Shown here one piece after another: positions 1-10,629 of a DNA stretch of 64,000 nucleotides. How positions within the stretch are numbered: position 1 is the stretch's first letter; each line of letters opens with the position of its first letter. The notes beneath the pieces are model-generated. The model was not told the DNA's origin. It worked only from the letters and a program-made list of their open reading frames with translations, and did no database searches. Source of the DNA: a bacterium (lineage in GTDB: Bacteria > UBA8248 > JACPRG01 > G963555815); contig OZ244653.1 in NCBI GenBank assembly GCA_965218795.1, forward strand, positions 2,848,001 to 2,912,000, given 5' to 3'. Position numbers and translations under genes: made by a program.

Positions 1-3000
1 GTGATCGATCGGAGCGCGGACCGCGAAAACGCCACGATCGATCCCGCGGCCCGGGCAAACAGCTCCGCGGAACTCCTCGAAGCCGTCATGGCGGGCGTAC
101 CCGCGCGCCTCGCCATCGACGGCGTCGAGGCGCCAGCCCCGGCCGCCCCGGTCCGCGACCTCTTCGGCAACACAGCCCCGGTCAAGGCGAAAGAGCACAA
201 GACCACAGCCAGGGCCGCCGGCCGGCCAGCCGAAGACAAGGACCGCCGGCACGACTGGGGGTCCGTGTCCGAGCTCGTATACGACACGGCCCCGGTCTCC
301 GGTGATGCCCCCGCCGGTTCCGAGACCACCGCCGGCCCCTATGCGCCCTGGAAGCCGGGGGTCGTGCATGCCCCAGGCGCCACCGCGCATCCCACGCCCC
401 TGGTGCAGTCCGGGGCCATGGCCGCTGTGCCGCACCCCATCCCGTCCTATCGGCCGATGCTGCCCGAGGGCCTCGTCATTGACGGATTGCTGTCGGACGC
501 CCAGCTCGAAAGCGTCGTCCTCGCCGGCGAGGCCCATTCCCGCCATCTCTCCGCGCTCTACCGCATCGGTGCCGGTTGGGAGACCGTCCACCGCCGCACA
601 GACGAGGACGATGGCGCAGCCATGACCGACGACCACGAGCCGCTGTCCGAGCCGGTGCGGTTCCGCCGCGGCTGGATGCTGGGCGACGGCACCGGATGCG
701 GCAAGGGCCGCCAGGTCGCCGCCGTCATCCTCGACAACCGGCTCCGCGGCCGGCGCCGCGCCCTCTGGATCTCGGCCTCGGCCAACCTGCTGGAGGACGC
801 ACGGCGCGACTGGAGCGCGATCGGCGGACGCGAGGACGACGTGATCCCCCTCGGCAACGTCCGACAGGGGGCCGGGATCCCGCATGAGAGCGGCATCCTG
901 TTCTGCACCTATGCTGCGCTGCGCGCGCCGGCCCGCCAGGGCAAGCCGTCGCGGCTCGAGCAGATCGTCTCCTGGCTCGCCGGGGGAACGGAAGAAGAGC
1001 AACGCCACGCATTCGACGGCGTGATCGTCTTCGACGAGTCCCACGCCATGGCCAATGCGGCCGGCTCCAAAGGCGCGCGCGGCGAGGTCAAGCCCTCGGC
1101 CCAGGGCCGGGCCGGTCTGCGTCTGCAGCACGCGCTGCCCGACGCGCGCATCGCCTATGTCTCGGCCACCGGGGCCACCACCGTGCCCGGCCTCGCCTAT
1201 GCCAGCCGGCTGGGCCTCTGGGGATCCGGGGACACGCCCTTCGAAACCCGGGGGGATTTCGTGTCAGCCATGGAATTGGGCGGCGTGGCCGCCATGGAGG
1301 TGGTCGCCCGGGACCTCAAGGCCCTCGGATTGTACCAGGCGCGGGCCCTGGCCTATGACGGCGTCGAGGTCGACATCCTGGAGCACCCGCTGACGCCCGA
1401 GCAGCGGCGCATCTACGACGCCTATGCCGGCGCCTTCAAGGTCATCCACGCCAACCTCCAGGAGGCGCTCAAGGCCACCGGAATCATGGAGGGCGACTCG
1501 ACGTTGAACAAGAACGCCAAGTCGGCGGCGCTCTCTGCCTTCGAGGGGGCGAAACAACGCTTCTTCGGCCATCTGCTGACCGCCATGAAGTGTCCGTCCC
1601 TGCTCCGCGCCGTCGAGGCCGATCTCGACGCCGGCCAATCGGCCGTGATCCAGCTCGTGTCCACGGGAGAGGCCCTGATGGAACGGCGCATCGCCGAGAT
1701 CCCGCCATCCGAATGGGACGACCTCAGCATCGATCTGACGCCCAGGGAGTCGGTTCTGGATTTTCTGGCGCACGCCTTCCCGGTGCAGCTCCAGGAGCCC
1801 TTCACCGACGAGGACGGGAACCTCATGAGCCGGCCCGTGTTCGACACCGACGGCAACCCCGTGCTCTGCCGGGAGGCCCTCGCCAAACGCGACGCGCTGA
1901 TCGAGAAGCTCGCGTCGCTCCCGCCCGTGCAGTCGGCCCTCGACCAGATCCTCCACCACTTCGGCCATGACGCCGTGGCCGAGGTCACCGGCCGGTCCCG
2001 CCGGGTGCTCAGGATCGTGGAGGGTCAGGGCGAGCGCCTGGCGCTGCGCAGCCGGCCCGCCTCCGCCAGCCTCGTTGAGACCAGTGCCTTCATGGACGGG
2101 GAGAAGAAGATACTCGTCTTCTCCATGGCCGGCGGCACCGGGCGCAGCTACCACGCCGATCTCTCCTCGGCCAACACCGCGCGCCGCGTCCACTACCTGC
2201 TGGAGCCGGGCTGGCGGGCCGATCAGGCCATCCAGGGACTCGGCCGGACCCACAGGACCCACCAGGCCTCCGCACCCCTGTTCCGGCCCGTGACCACGGA
2301 CGTGAAGGGGGAGAGGCGGTTCATCGCCACCATCGCGCGCCGGCTGGACTCCCTCGGCGCCATCACCCGGGGCCAGCGGGACTCACAGACCGCCATGGCC
2401 GGAGGCGACGCAACGCTCTTCCGCGCCAGCGATAACCTGGAGAGCCTCTACGCCAAGGCGGCGCTCCGCCAGTTCTACGGGGCCCTCTGGCGGGGCAGTA
2501 TCCCCGGCTGGCCCCTCGACCGCTTCGAGGAGGCCACCGGCCTCGCCCTCACCTGGGAGGGAACCCTCAAGGACGACCTGCCACCCATGCCCAAGTTCCT
2601 GAACCGCCTGCTGGCATTGCCCATCGACGAGCAGAACGCGCTCTTCGCCGAGCTGGAGTCCCGCATCGAGTCCAATATCGAGCAGGCCATGGAGGCGGGG
2701 ACCTACGACATCGGCGTGGAGACCCTGCGCGCCGACTCGCTCGTTGAGGCCGGCCGCGAGACCCTCTACACCCACCCCGGGACCGGAGCCGCGACCGATC
2801 TCGTCGAGATCCTCCGCCGTGATCGGCTGGAGCCCACCACGGCGGACGCTGTGCTGGAGATCGCCGTACAGTCTGCCGGCTCACAGGGCAGGCCGGTGCT
2901 GATGGTCAATGCCCGCTCCAACCGCGCCGCCGCCGTCCTGCACGCGCCGTCCAGGATGTTCGATGACGGCGGGGTGCAGGAACGCGTGCGCCTCCTGCGG

Positions 3001-3555
3001 CCTACGGCCCGGGAGGCCATGGCCAAGGCCGAACTGGAGGCCTCCAACTGGCGAAAAGCCTCCGAGGGGGAGTGGCGTTCCTTCTGGGAGGACGAAATCG
3101 CAGGCCTGCCGACCCACACGGAATCCCGTTTCTGGCTCGTCACCGGGCTGCTCCTGCAGATCTGGGACCGGCTCGGAGTCGAGACCATGCGGGTGCGCCG
3201 GCTCTTCACCGATGCTGGCGAGCAGATGATCGGACGCGTGCTCGATACCGAGCAGGCCCGGACCGTGCGCATTGCCTTCGGACTCGCGGGCGGTCCTGAC
3301 ATGACCGCGGACCAGGCCTGGGAGGCTGTCATGACACGCGGCGCGGCCTTTGCGCTCGCGAACGGCTGGCGTCTCGCCCGGCGCCGCATCATGGGGGCCG
3401 ACCGCGTCGAGATCGAGGGACCCGTCGATGGCGACATCGCCACCCTCAAGCGCCTGGGATGCACGGTGGAGATCGTCTCCTGGCGCTCCCGCGTGTTCGC
3501 GCCCGACCCCGCTGTCCTCGCCCGGGTGTTCGAACACCGGCCCCTCGCGGACTGA
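1..3555 (+). CDS. Strawberry notch-like SF2 helicase/NTPase of a plasmid/ICE backbone; probably 5'-truncated by the window edge
   Basis: Walker A GDGTGCGKGR, DESH, SAT and QGLGRTHR motifs; 1184-aa ORF starting at base 1. Confidence 0.85.
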   Translation: MIDRSADRENATIDPAARANSSAELLEAVMAGVPARLAIDGVEAPAPAAPVRDLFGNTAPVKAKEHKTTARAAGRPAEDKDRRHDWGSVSELVYDTAPVSGDAPAGSETTAGPYAPWKPGVVHAPGATAHPTPLVQSGAMAAVPHPIPSYRPMLPEGLVIDGLLSDAQLESVVLAGEAHSRHLSALYRIGAGWETVHRRTDEDDGAAMTDDHEPLSEPVRFRRGWMLGDGTGCGKGRQVAAVILDNRLRGRRRALWISASANLLEDARRDWSAIGGREDDVIPLGNVRQGAGIPHESGILFCTYAALRAPARQGKPSRLEQIVSWLAGGTEEEQRHAFDGVIVFDESHAMANAAGSKGARGEVKPSAQGRAGLRLQHALPDARIAYVSATGATTVPGLAYASRLGLWGSGDTPFETRGDFVSAMELGGVAAMEVVARDLKALGLYQARALAYDGVEVDILEHPLTPEQRRIYDAYAGAFKVIHANLQEALKATGIMEGDSTLNKNAKSAALSAFEGAKQRFFGHLLTAMKCPSLLRAVEADLDAGQSAVIQLVSTGEALMERRIAEIPPSEWDDLSIDLTPRESVLDFLAHAFPVQLQEPFTDEDGNLMSRPVFDTDGNPVLCREALAKRDALIEKLASLPPVQSALDQILHHFGHDAVAEVTGRSRRVLRIVEGQGERLALRSRPASASLVETSAFMDGEKKILVFSMAGGTGRSYHADLSSANTARRVHYLLEPGWRADQAIQGLGRTHRTHQASAPLFRPVTTDVKGERRFIATIARRLDSLGAITRGQRDSQTAMAGGDATLFRASDNLESLYAKAALRQFYGALWRGSIPGWPLDRFEEATGLALTWEGTLKDDLPPMPKFLNRLLALPIDEQNALFAELESRIESNIEQAMEAGTYDIGVETLRADSLVEAGRETLYTHPGTGAATDLVEILRRDRLEPTTADAVLEIAVQSAGSQGRPVLMVNARSNRAAAVLHAPSRMFDDGGVQERVRLLRPTAREAMAKAELEASNWRKASEGEWRSFWEDEIAGLPTHTESRFWLVTGLLLQIWDRLGVETMRVRRLFTDAGEQMIGRVLDTEQARTVRIAFGLAGGPDMTADQAWEAVMTRGAAFALANGWRLARRRIMGADRVEIEGPVDGDIATLKRLGCTVEIVSWRSRVFAPDPAVLARVFEHRPLAD

Positions 3556-3688
3556 GTCGCCCATGGGTACGTACCGCCGGCCGGCATACGTATGGCCGTC
3601 CCGGCGTCGTCCAGAACCCAACTGGCCGGGGGGGACCCGCACGTCTCCATCGCCGGCGCACCGCCGACTCCTCACGGGAGACCCACAC

Positions 3689-3943
3689 ATGACCGCGCAC
3701 ATCCTGCCGGAGAACCCGAACTACGCCTTCTGCCCGGCCTACGACCCCGAGAACGCGCCCCAGGAGATCCGGCTCGTCATCGACGGCATGACCGGAACCA
3801 TCCCCACCGCTCTGGTCGCCCTCACTCTCGAGGACGCCGAGCGCCTCTGCGACATGCTCAATGCCCGACTCGGCCTCGACCGCGAGGCCTGGGCCGTCCT
3901 GGTCGGACGGGCCATGCGCCCGGAGGGCCGCAGACGACACTGA
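3689..3943 (+). CDS. Small hypothetical backbone protein (84 aa, MTAHILPENPNYAF...)
   Basis: GGGAG RBS before ATG 3689; homologue with homologous leader at 40294-40476 (-). Confidence 0.65.
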   Translation: MTAHILPENPNYAFCPAYDPENAPQEIRLVIDGMTGTIPTALVALTLEDAERLCDMLNARLGLDREAWAVLVGRAMRPEGRRRH

Positions 3944-3974
3944 TGCCGGTTGTCCGGAACGGGAGAATACGGTC

Positions 3975-4736
3975 GTGAAGACACCCCGCGTACCGAGCCT
4001 CCGGACGATGACGGCGCTGATCATGGGCGCCGCCATCATCATGGCAGCCGCCGTGGCGTTCGACCGGACGCCCGAGACCTGGCGTGGCCTCGTCGTCGCG
4101 CCCGAGCACCGGTGCGCGCCCTACAGACGTTCCGACTATCCTTACCCGCCCTCGGTCGAGGCCCGGATCGTCGCCGCCCAGAGCGGGCGTGTGTACGGGC
4201 CCTATACGGGACGCACCTTCTCCGATACCCGACGGACCGACATCGAACACATCGTTGCCGCGTCCGAGGCCCATGACAGCGGTCTCTGCGCGCAAAGCGC
4301 GGCGGCGCGCCGTCGTTTTGCAACAGACCTGCTCAACCTGACGCTGGCGGCGCCCGAGGTGAACCGCTGCGGCGCCGGGGGCAAGTGCGGCCTTGACGCC
4401 GGGGAATGGCTGCCCCGGGTCAACCGCTGCTGGTTCGCCGGCCGCGTGGTCGCGGTCCGGACGAAGTACCGCCTCACCATCGACCGTCGCGAGACGGATG
4501 CGCTGGATCGGGTGCTCTCGGGCTGCGCCTCCACCGAGATGGTCTTCTTTGCCGGTCCGTCGCCGAAGGCGCCTTTGCCCGGCGGTCCCGAACCGTTGCG
4601 CTTGTGGGACGATAACGGCGACGGTCGCATCACCTGCCGGGAGGCGCGGCAGCACCGCATCGCCCCGGTCCCACGCAGCCACCCCGCCTATCCGTTCATG
4701 AGAGACCGCGACCGCGACGGCGTCGTCTGCGAATAA
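3975..4736 (+). CDS. Secreted HNH (DUF1524-like) nuclease with C-terminal excalibur Ca-binding domain
   Basis: Hydrophobic N-terminus; DIEHIV...HDSG...NLTLA..VNR motif; C-terminal ITCREAR...AYPFMRDRDRDGVVCE. Confidence 0.75.
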   Translation: MKTPRVPSLRTMTALIMGAAIIMAAAVAFDRTPETWRGLVVAPEHRCAPYRRSDYPYPPSVEARIVAAQSGRVYGPYTGRTFSDTRRTDIEHIVAASEAHDSGLCAQSAAARRRFATDLLNLTLAAPEVNRCGAGGKCGLDAGEWLPRVNRCWFAGRVVAVRTKYRLTIDRRETDALDRVLSGCASTEMVFFAGPSPKAPLPGGPEPLRLWDDNGDGRITCREARQHRIAPVPRSHPAYPFMRDRDRDGVVCE

Positions 4737-4957
4737 ACGTACTGCATTGACCGCTGACGACTGAGGACACGGTCCTGGTTCCGGACCGTAGGGCGCACTC
4801 GCATCCCGCGACCCACCCATCATCCACACCATCATCGGTTGACCCCCCTTGGAGAGGACGAGTCGGGCAAGAGCCGGGCGAAGACCCGGCAGGGGAGAGG
4901 GAGACGGTCTCCCGGTCCCGATGCCGGGAACGGCAACCCGGAACAGGAGACCAGCCC

Positions 4958-5098
4958 ATGCTCGACCGTGACTTCGAACCCGACATCCCGACCGGTGACG
5001 AACTGCTCGCCGAGATCGGCCTCGACTCGCACACCATCCGCAGGATCCTCACCGAAGCGGTCCATGCCGACACCGGCGAAGGAGAGGAGCTTTCATAG
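4958..5098 (+). CDS. 46-aa acidic peptide upstream of ssb (MLDRDFEPDIPT...)
   Basis: AGGAG RBS; near-identical copy at 39627-39767 (-). Confidence 0.55.
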   Translation: MLDRDFEPDIPTGDELLAEIGLDSHTIRRILTEAVHADTGEGEELS

Positions 5099-5185
5099 GG
5101 TGAACCAAGGGGCCGGAGAGAGAGGCTCTCCCACCCCTACCATCACCCGTTGCCTTCCACACCCTCACACAGAAGGAGAATGATC

Positions 5186-5397
5186 ATGGCCTTCGGACTC
5201 AATCGCGCTGAAGTGATCGGCCGCCTCGGCGCCGACGTCACCGTCAACCACCTCGCCAGCGGCGGACGCGTGGCCAACCTGTCGATCGCCACCGACGAGG
5301 GCTACATCGACAAGCAGACAGGAGACCGGGTCGACAAGACCGAGTGGCACCGGGTGGTGACCTTCCAGCCCGGGCTGGTGGACATGTTCGAGAAACA
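5186..5397 (+). pseudogene. ssb: ssb 5' half, interrupted by the integrated element
   Basis: MAFGLNRAEVIGRLGAD...TEWHRVV...DMFEKH, then unrelated AT-rich sequence; 3' half resumes in frame at 44675. Confidence 0.92.
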
Positions 5398-5398
5398 T
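5382..5398 (+). repeat. attL core: dyad ATGT-TCGAGAA-ACAT (putative 7-bp overlap)
   Basis: Matches 44662-44677; 4-bp inverted arms around a 7-nt spacer. Confidence 0.85.
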
Positions 5399-5536
5399 AT
5401 TATACCAAAACAGACAAACGTGCGATTGTCTTCGAATGAAACGCCTATACTATATGTCTTTCAATTAATTATAATGGATTCCTGTCTCTGATCTACCGCA
5501 ATTCGTACGTTTGCGTACGCCCCGGTTTCTTTTCTT

Positions 5537-5580
5537 GTGTTGACAACAGTGTTGCTAATTTCAATAAGCGGTGTTATAGT
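5537..5580 (+). promoter_or_regulatory. Integrase promoter TTGCTA-N17-TATAGT (extended TGn), overlapping GTGTTG(A/C) repeats (putative arm-type sites)
   Basis: -35 at 5552-5557, -10 at 5575-5580; repeats GTGTTGACAA 5537-5546 and GTGTTGCTAA 5549-5558. Confidence 0.65.
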
Positions 5581-5586
5581 CCGGGC

Positions 5587-6852
5587 ATGAACGAGAACAC
5601 CGGAAAACGCATCGCCAGGGTCAGGACGACACTCACCAGGCGCACCGTCGAGGCGCTCAAGCCCACAGAGAAGTCCTGGATCGCCTGGGACGACAAGCTG
5701 ACGGGCTTCGGCGTTCGCGTCCAGCCCTCGGGCACCAAGTCGTTCATCGTCAACTACCGCGCGGGCTCCGGCGGCCGCAAGGCGCCCAACAAGCGGGTGG
5801 TGATCGGACGCTACGGCCGCATCGCTCCAGACCGGGCGCGGCGCTTGGCCCAAGACCTGCTCGGACGCGTCGCCCGTGGCGAGGATCCTGCCGGAGAACG
5901 AGCCGATGCCCGCGGCGTCCCCACCCTGGCCCGGGCCTTCGAGGTCTACATGGCGGCGAATCCCAGCCGCGCGGTCAATACCGTCAGGCTCTACGAACAG
6001 AACCTGCGGGTCAACCTCTCCGACTGGCTGAAGCGTCCGCTCGACGCCATTACCCGACAGGACGTCGAGGACCGCTTCAATCTCATCACCGCCAGAAACG
6101 GCTGGTCGGCGGCCAACCAGACGCTCTCGATGCTGCGCTCGATCTACCGCCGGCCCTGCGTCGATTTCGAGGGTTTGCGCAATCCGGTCGACCTGTGGCT
6201 GGCGGCCGGGGGGCGCTTCCACCGGAAGCGGAGGCGGCGGATATCGAGCCCGGCCGAGGTGTTGCCTCGCTGGCGCGCGGGCATCGAGGCCGCCGACCTC
6301 GAACCGGAGGTTCGCGACATCTTCCTGATCGGCATCTACACCGGCATGCGCCGGGGCGAGATCGTTTCGCTGCGCCGGGAGCAGGTGGACATGGAGCGGC
6401 GCATCCTCAGGGTCGATGAGACCAAGACCGGGGAGCCGCTGGAGCTTCCGCTCACCCGGCAACTCGCCGCCATCCTCGAGTGGCGCCTAGCGGACGCCGA
6501 CCCGGCGGCGCGCCAGAACGGCTGGGTGTTTCCGTCTTCCAAGAGCGGGAGCGGACACGTCGCGGACATCGCGAGGTTCTACGGCGATATCACCGAGGAG
6601 GGAGGAACACGGTTCTGGTTCCACGGTTTGCGCAACGCCTTCATCACGGTGGCCGAGCGGGAACTCATGCTGCCGCGCTCGCTGACCAAGCGCCTGGTCA
6701 ATCACGCCCGGCCCCAGGACGTGACCGAGGGTTACGCCGCTGACTGGACGGTGGAGCAGCTCCGAGAGCCCGCACAGCGGATCGCCGACCGCATTGACAA
6801 GCTGATGGGGGAAGACATGCCGGCTGCGGAGGCGCACCCACCTGAAAATTGA
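5587..6852 (+). CDS. int: Tyrosine integrase with N-terminal arm-DNA-binding (DUF4102-like) domain
   Basis: WDDKLTGFGVRV arm domain; catalytic TGMRRGE, HGLR, LVNH, TEGY. Confidence 0.95.
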   Translation: MNENTGKRIARVRTTLTRRTVEALKPTEKSWIAWDDKLTGFGVRVQPSGTKSFIVNYRAGSGGRKAPNKRVVIGRYGRIAPDRARRLAQDLLGRVARGEDPAGERADARGVPTLARAFEVYMAANPSRAVNTVRLYEQNLRVNLSDWLKRPLDAITRQDVEDRFNLITARNGWSAANQTLSMLRSIYRRPCVDFEGLRNPVDLWLAAGGRFHRKRRRRISSPAEVLPRWRAGIEAADLEPEVRDIFLIGIYTGMRRGEIVSLRREQVDMERRILRVDETKTGEPLELPLTRQLAAILEWRLADADPAARQNGWVFPSSKSGSGHVADIARFYGDITEEGGTRFWFHGLRNAFITVAERELMLPRSLTKRLVNHARPQDVTEGYAADWTVEQLREPAQRIADRIDKLMGEDMPAAEAHPPEN

Positions 6853-6978
6853 GATATGTCAGCGTATTGAGAAGCGCGTTCTCCAACGAGTAGCGGCGAT
6901 AGTATCCTTCCGCTTCGCCCGCTGCAGTTCCGGCGCTGGATGCGTCAAGCGAGGAATCTAACCCGTCGTCGATCTCAT

Positions 6979-7036
6979 CTGACCTCTTAACCTTCTCGTC
7001 CGTACTATGAAGTATGCAAGATGGTTAAGAGGTCAG
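6979..7036. repeat. 14-bp perfect inverted repeat CTGACCTCTTAACC...GGTTAAGAGGTCAG (MITE/IS-end-like)
   Basis: Arms 6979-6992 and 7023-7036. Confidence 0.6.
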
Positions 7037-7108
7037 GTCTGGTGCTTTTCAAGTTGCGGTAGTCATCCGCAGTCAAATGCGTACCGGGCTTGAGATCCCG
7101 TCTCAGAC

Positions 7109-8040
7109 TGCGCTACGTCTTCCACACCGATCTGCCGGGCAGCATCGAGGCCTATTACCAGGAGCTCGGCCGGGCCGGACGCGACGGCGCGCCCGCGGAG
7201 GCCCACATGCTCTATGGGCTGGCCGATATTCGCATGCGGCGGCAGTTCATCGAGGATGAGGATGCCGGCGCTGAGCGCAAGCGGCGCGAGCACAAGCGGC
7301 TCGACGCCTTGCTCGGCTATTGCGAGGCGCCGTCCTGCCGCCGGGTGGTTCTGCTCGATTACTTCGGCGAGCGGATCGAGCCTTGCGGCAATTGCGATGC
7401 CTGCCTCGACCCGGCCGAGCGCGTCGACGGGACCGAGGATGCGCAGAAGATCCTGTCGGCGGTCTACCACTCGGGCGAACGGTTCGGCGCGGCGCATGTG
7501 ATCGATATCTTGCGCGGGGCCGAGGCCGAGAAGATCGTGCGCGCCGGTCATCACCGGCTGCCGCCCTTCGGGGTCGGCGCGGCGCGCGGCAAGAACGAAT
7601 GGCGCTCGCTGATCCGCCAGATGGTGGCGACCGGGTTTCTGCGGCTCGACATCGCGGGCTATGGCGGGCTCGCGCTCACCGGCAAGGGCCGTGCCCTGCT
7701 GGGGGGCGAGGGCGAGTTCCTCTACCGCGAGGACACGGTGGTTGCACGGCCGTCCGCGGCGCCGCGCGAGACGCGCGGGAAAGAACCCGAACATCCGCTC
7801 AGCGAGGATCAGGCGACGCTGCTGGCCGTGCTCAAGGCGTTGCGGCTGCAACTCGCCAAGGAGCGCGGCGTGCCGGCCTATATCGTGTTTCCCGACCGCT
7901 CGCTGATCGACATGGCGCGCCGGCGCCCGCGCACCGAAGAGGAGTTCGCCGAGGTCAACGGCGTCGGCGCGGCCAAGCTCGAGGCGTTCGCGGCGCCGTT
8001 TCTGGCCGCCATCGACGGCGCGCTGTCCGATGCGGGCTGA
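7109..8040 (+). pseudogene. recQ: 5'-truncated RecQ helicase (end of helicase core, Zn-binding, RQC, HRDC)
   Basis: HTDLPGSIEAYYQELGRAGRDG, CRRVVLLDYFGE...CGNCDAC, VPAYIVFPDRSL; DEAH core missing. Confidence 0.85.
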
Positions 8041-8091
8041 GCGCGGGCTCCATGGAACGGGGCCGGTATTGACGGTGAAGACCGGCTTGCC

Positions 8092-8890
8092 ATGACCGAT
8101 CAGATCGTCATCACCGAAAAATCCAGCCAGGCGAAGGATGTCCCCGTCGCCGTCGGGTTCTGTTACGGCGCCGTTCTCCCGGCCGAGGGCCATCTGCTCG
8201 ACTTGGTCGAGCCGGAGGACGTGAACCCGGCCTGGAAGCGCTGGTCGGCGGTGCTGCTGAGGCCCGAGGGGCTCTACGGCACCAAGCCGGCTTCGGGCGG
8301 CTACAAGGCGGCGAAGCTGAAGGCCATTCGCGCGGCGCCAAGCGGGTTTGGCTCGCCACCGATTGCGACCGTGAGGGGCAGCTCATCGGCCAGGAAATCC
8401 TGGAGCATTGCGGCTATCGCGGCGAGGTCCTGAGGGTGCTGTTCACCACGCAGGACGCGCAGACCATCCGCGAGGCGTTCGGTCGCGCCCGCCCCGGCTC
8501 CACGACCTGCCCTCGCCGCAGAAGCTTTGCAGCGCCCTGTTCGGCTGGTCGGCTTCCAAGACCCTGGAGGTCACCCAGGAGCTCTATGACGGCGCGGGTA
8601 AGAAGATCCTGACCTATCCGCGCGCCGAGGTGCGCTGCCTGCCGGAGAGCGCGATCGCAGACGCACCGAAGATCGTCGCCGGGCTGCAAGCCGGGAAATC
8701 CTATGGCGCCATCTCCGGGCCGTCGCCGCCGGCGACCCGCAAGGGACAGAACGGCAGCTTCCACGACAAGGGGCTCGAAGGCGCGAGCCATCACGCGGTC
8801 ATTCCCAACGTCAACACGATCGTGGATCTAGGCGATATCTGGCCGCGCCTGTCGGGCGACGCGAAGAAGCTGTTCGACGCCGTCGCGCGT
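8092..8890 (+). pseudogene. Degraded type IA topoisomerase (Topo III-like)
   Basis: IVITEKSSQAKDV toprim start, GHL, LTYPRAE, HHAVIP; frameshifts and internal deletions. Confidence 0.75.
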
Positions 8891-9061
8891 CCGGTTGTTT
8901 CAGGAAGACGCGCGGGTCATCGACTGCGGCAAGGGCCGCGCATTTGCCCAAATTAAAATGGTCCATGGCCCAAAAGAATTGCGTTTCACAACTCGTGAGA
9001 AGTACGCGTATCCTTACAGGCGATCAAATGGACAACGATTCCTGTTCGAAGCTCCGAGACC

Positions 9062-9449
9062 ATGCCGCCCCTTCCACCGCTTGAATGCCTGCGCTTTTTC
9101 GAAGTCGCGGCCCGCCGCGAGAGCTTCGCCAAGGCGGCTGAGGAGCTCAACGTCTCATCGTCGGCCGTTGCGCACCGCATCAAGGTACTCGAAGAGCATC
9201 TCGGTGGCGCGCTGTTCGAGCGCGGTTATCGCGGCGTCCGCCTGAACGGGCGCGGCAAGGCGTATCTGAAGGATGTCCAGCGCATTCTGGCCGAGGTCCG
9301 GGTCGCCACGGAACGCCGCCGCGGCGATACCGGGACACAGCGGCTGAAACTGGTTTCGGTCGAGGCCGTGGCCGAGAAGTGGCTCATGCCGAGGCTCGCG
9401 AATTTCAAGCTGTCCCACCCCGGCGTCGTCATCGAGTTGGAGACCAACC
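9062..9449 (+). pseudogene. LysR-family regulator (GcvA-like) N-terminal part, truncated by IS3
   Basis: PPLECLRFFEVAARRESFAKAAEELNVSSSAVAHRIKVLEEHLG HTH; stops at the IS end. Confidence 0.85.
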
Positions 9450-10463
9450 TGGATTTGACCCGTTTTTGTGGACACCTTCAGACTGTGCGGAGGAGGTGTT
9501 CCGATGGCGAAAACTCATTCACCCTACGCGCCGGAGTACCGGCGCCAGATGGTCGAGTTGGTTCGCTCGGGCCGTACGCCCGGGGAGCTGGCCCGGGAGT
9601 TCGAGTGTTCTGCTTCGGTGATTCGCAACTGGGTGCGCCAGGCCGACCGCGACGAGGGCCGTCGTGAGGACGGTCTGACAAGCTCAGAGCTCGAGGAGCT
9701 GCGCCGGCTTCGCCGGGAGAACCGTCAGCTTCGCGAGGAACGGGAGATCCTAAAAAAAGCCGCGGTCTGGTTCGCACGGGAGACCGGCTCGGCGCCGGGG
9801 AGGTCTTCGGGCTCGTGAGGGCGAACCAGGCCTGTCATCGGGTGGCCACGATGTGCCGGGTGCTGGGTGTCTCCTCCAGCGGGTACTACACGTGGCGAAG
9901 CCGTGGGCGTTTCAATCGTGCGAAGCACGACGAGGCGTTGGGGGGCACGATCCGGGCCATCCACGAGGCATCTGGCGGCACCTACGGGGCGCCTCGGATG
10001 CATGCCGAGTTGACGGCCAACGGGCGTCGGGTGAGCCGCAAACGGGTAGCTCGTCTGATGCGCGAGGCGGGCTTGGCCGGGGTGAGCCGAGCCGAGGCAC
10101 GCGCACTACGCGCGTGGACCAGAGCCATTGTGTGGTCCCGGACCGGGTCGAACGCCAGTTCCAGGCCGATGGGCCGGATCGGCTTTGGGTGGCCGACGTG
10201 ACCTACGTGCCGACCTGGACGGGGGTCGTGTACCTGGCCATCGTGCTCGACGTGTTCAGCCGCCGGATCGTAGGGTGGTGCATGGCCCATCATCTTCGCA
10301 CCGAGCTGGTGCTCGGGGCGCTGAACATGGCGCTGGGACAGCGCCGGCCCTATGGGGTCGTGCATCATTCGGACAGGGAGAAGACTGTACGTCCACCGGC
10401 TGTCGCCCATCTCAGGGCTGGGGACGACAGCCATAAACTGTCCACTGAAACGGGGTAAATCCA
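9450..10463 (+). mobile_element. Degenerate IS3-family element (orfA 9504-9818; frameshifted, truncated orfB)
   Basis: IRs TGGATTTGACCCGTTTTTGTGGACA / TGGATTTACCCCGTTTCAGTGGACA; A7 run at the orfA/B junction; WVADVTY and VHHSD rve motifs; no target duplication. Confidence 0.9.
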
Positions 10464-10629
10464 GTGCGAAGTGGTTGGACGCTGTCCGTCCGATGAACAT
10501 TAAGAGCGCCGAGCGCCGCCCGCCATTGCCGCCTAACCGCCTGCCTTCCCCTCGGGGCGGCCATCCTTCTCCATCGACTGCAGCGCCGCGGCCGGCCCGC
10601 GGCGCTGCTCGCGCTCTCCGACGGGAATC

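Noticed and set aside
5150-5491. 113-aa ssb fusion as a functional gene
   Set aside because: OB fold is cut midway and the tail is element-end sequence
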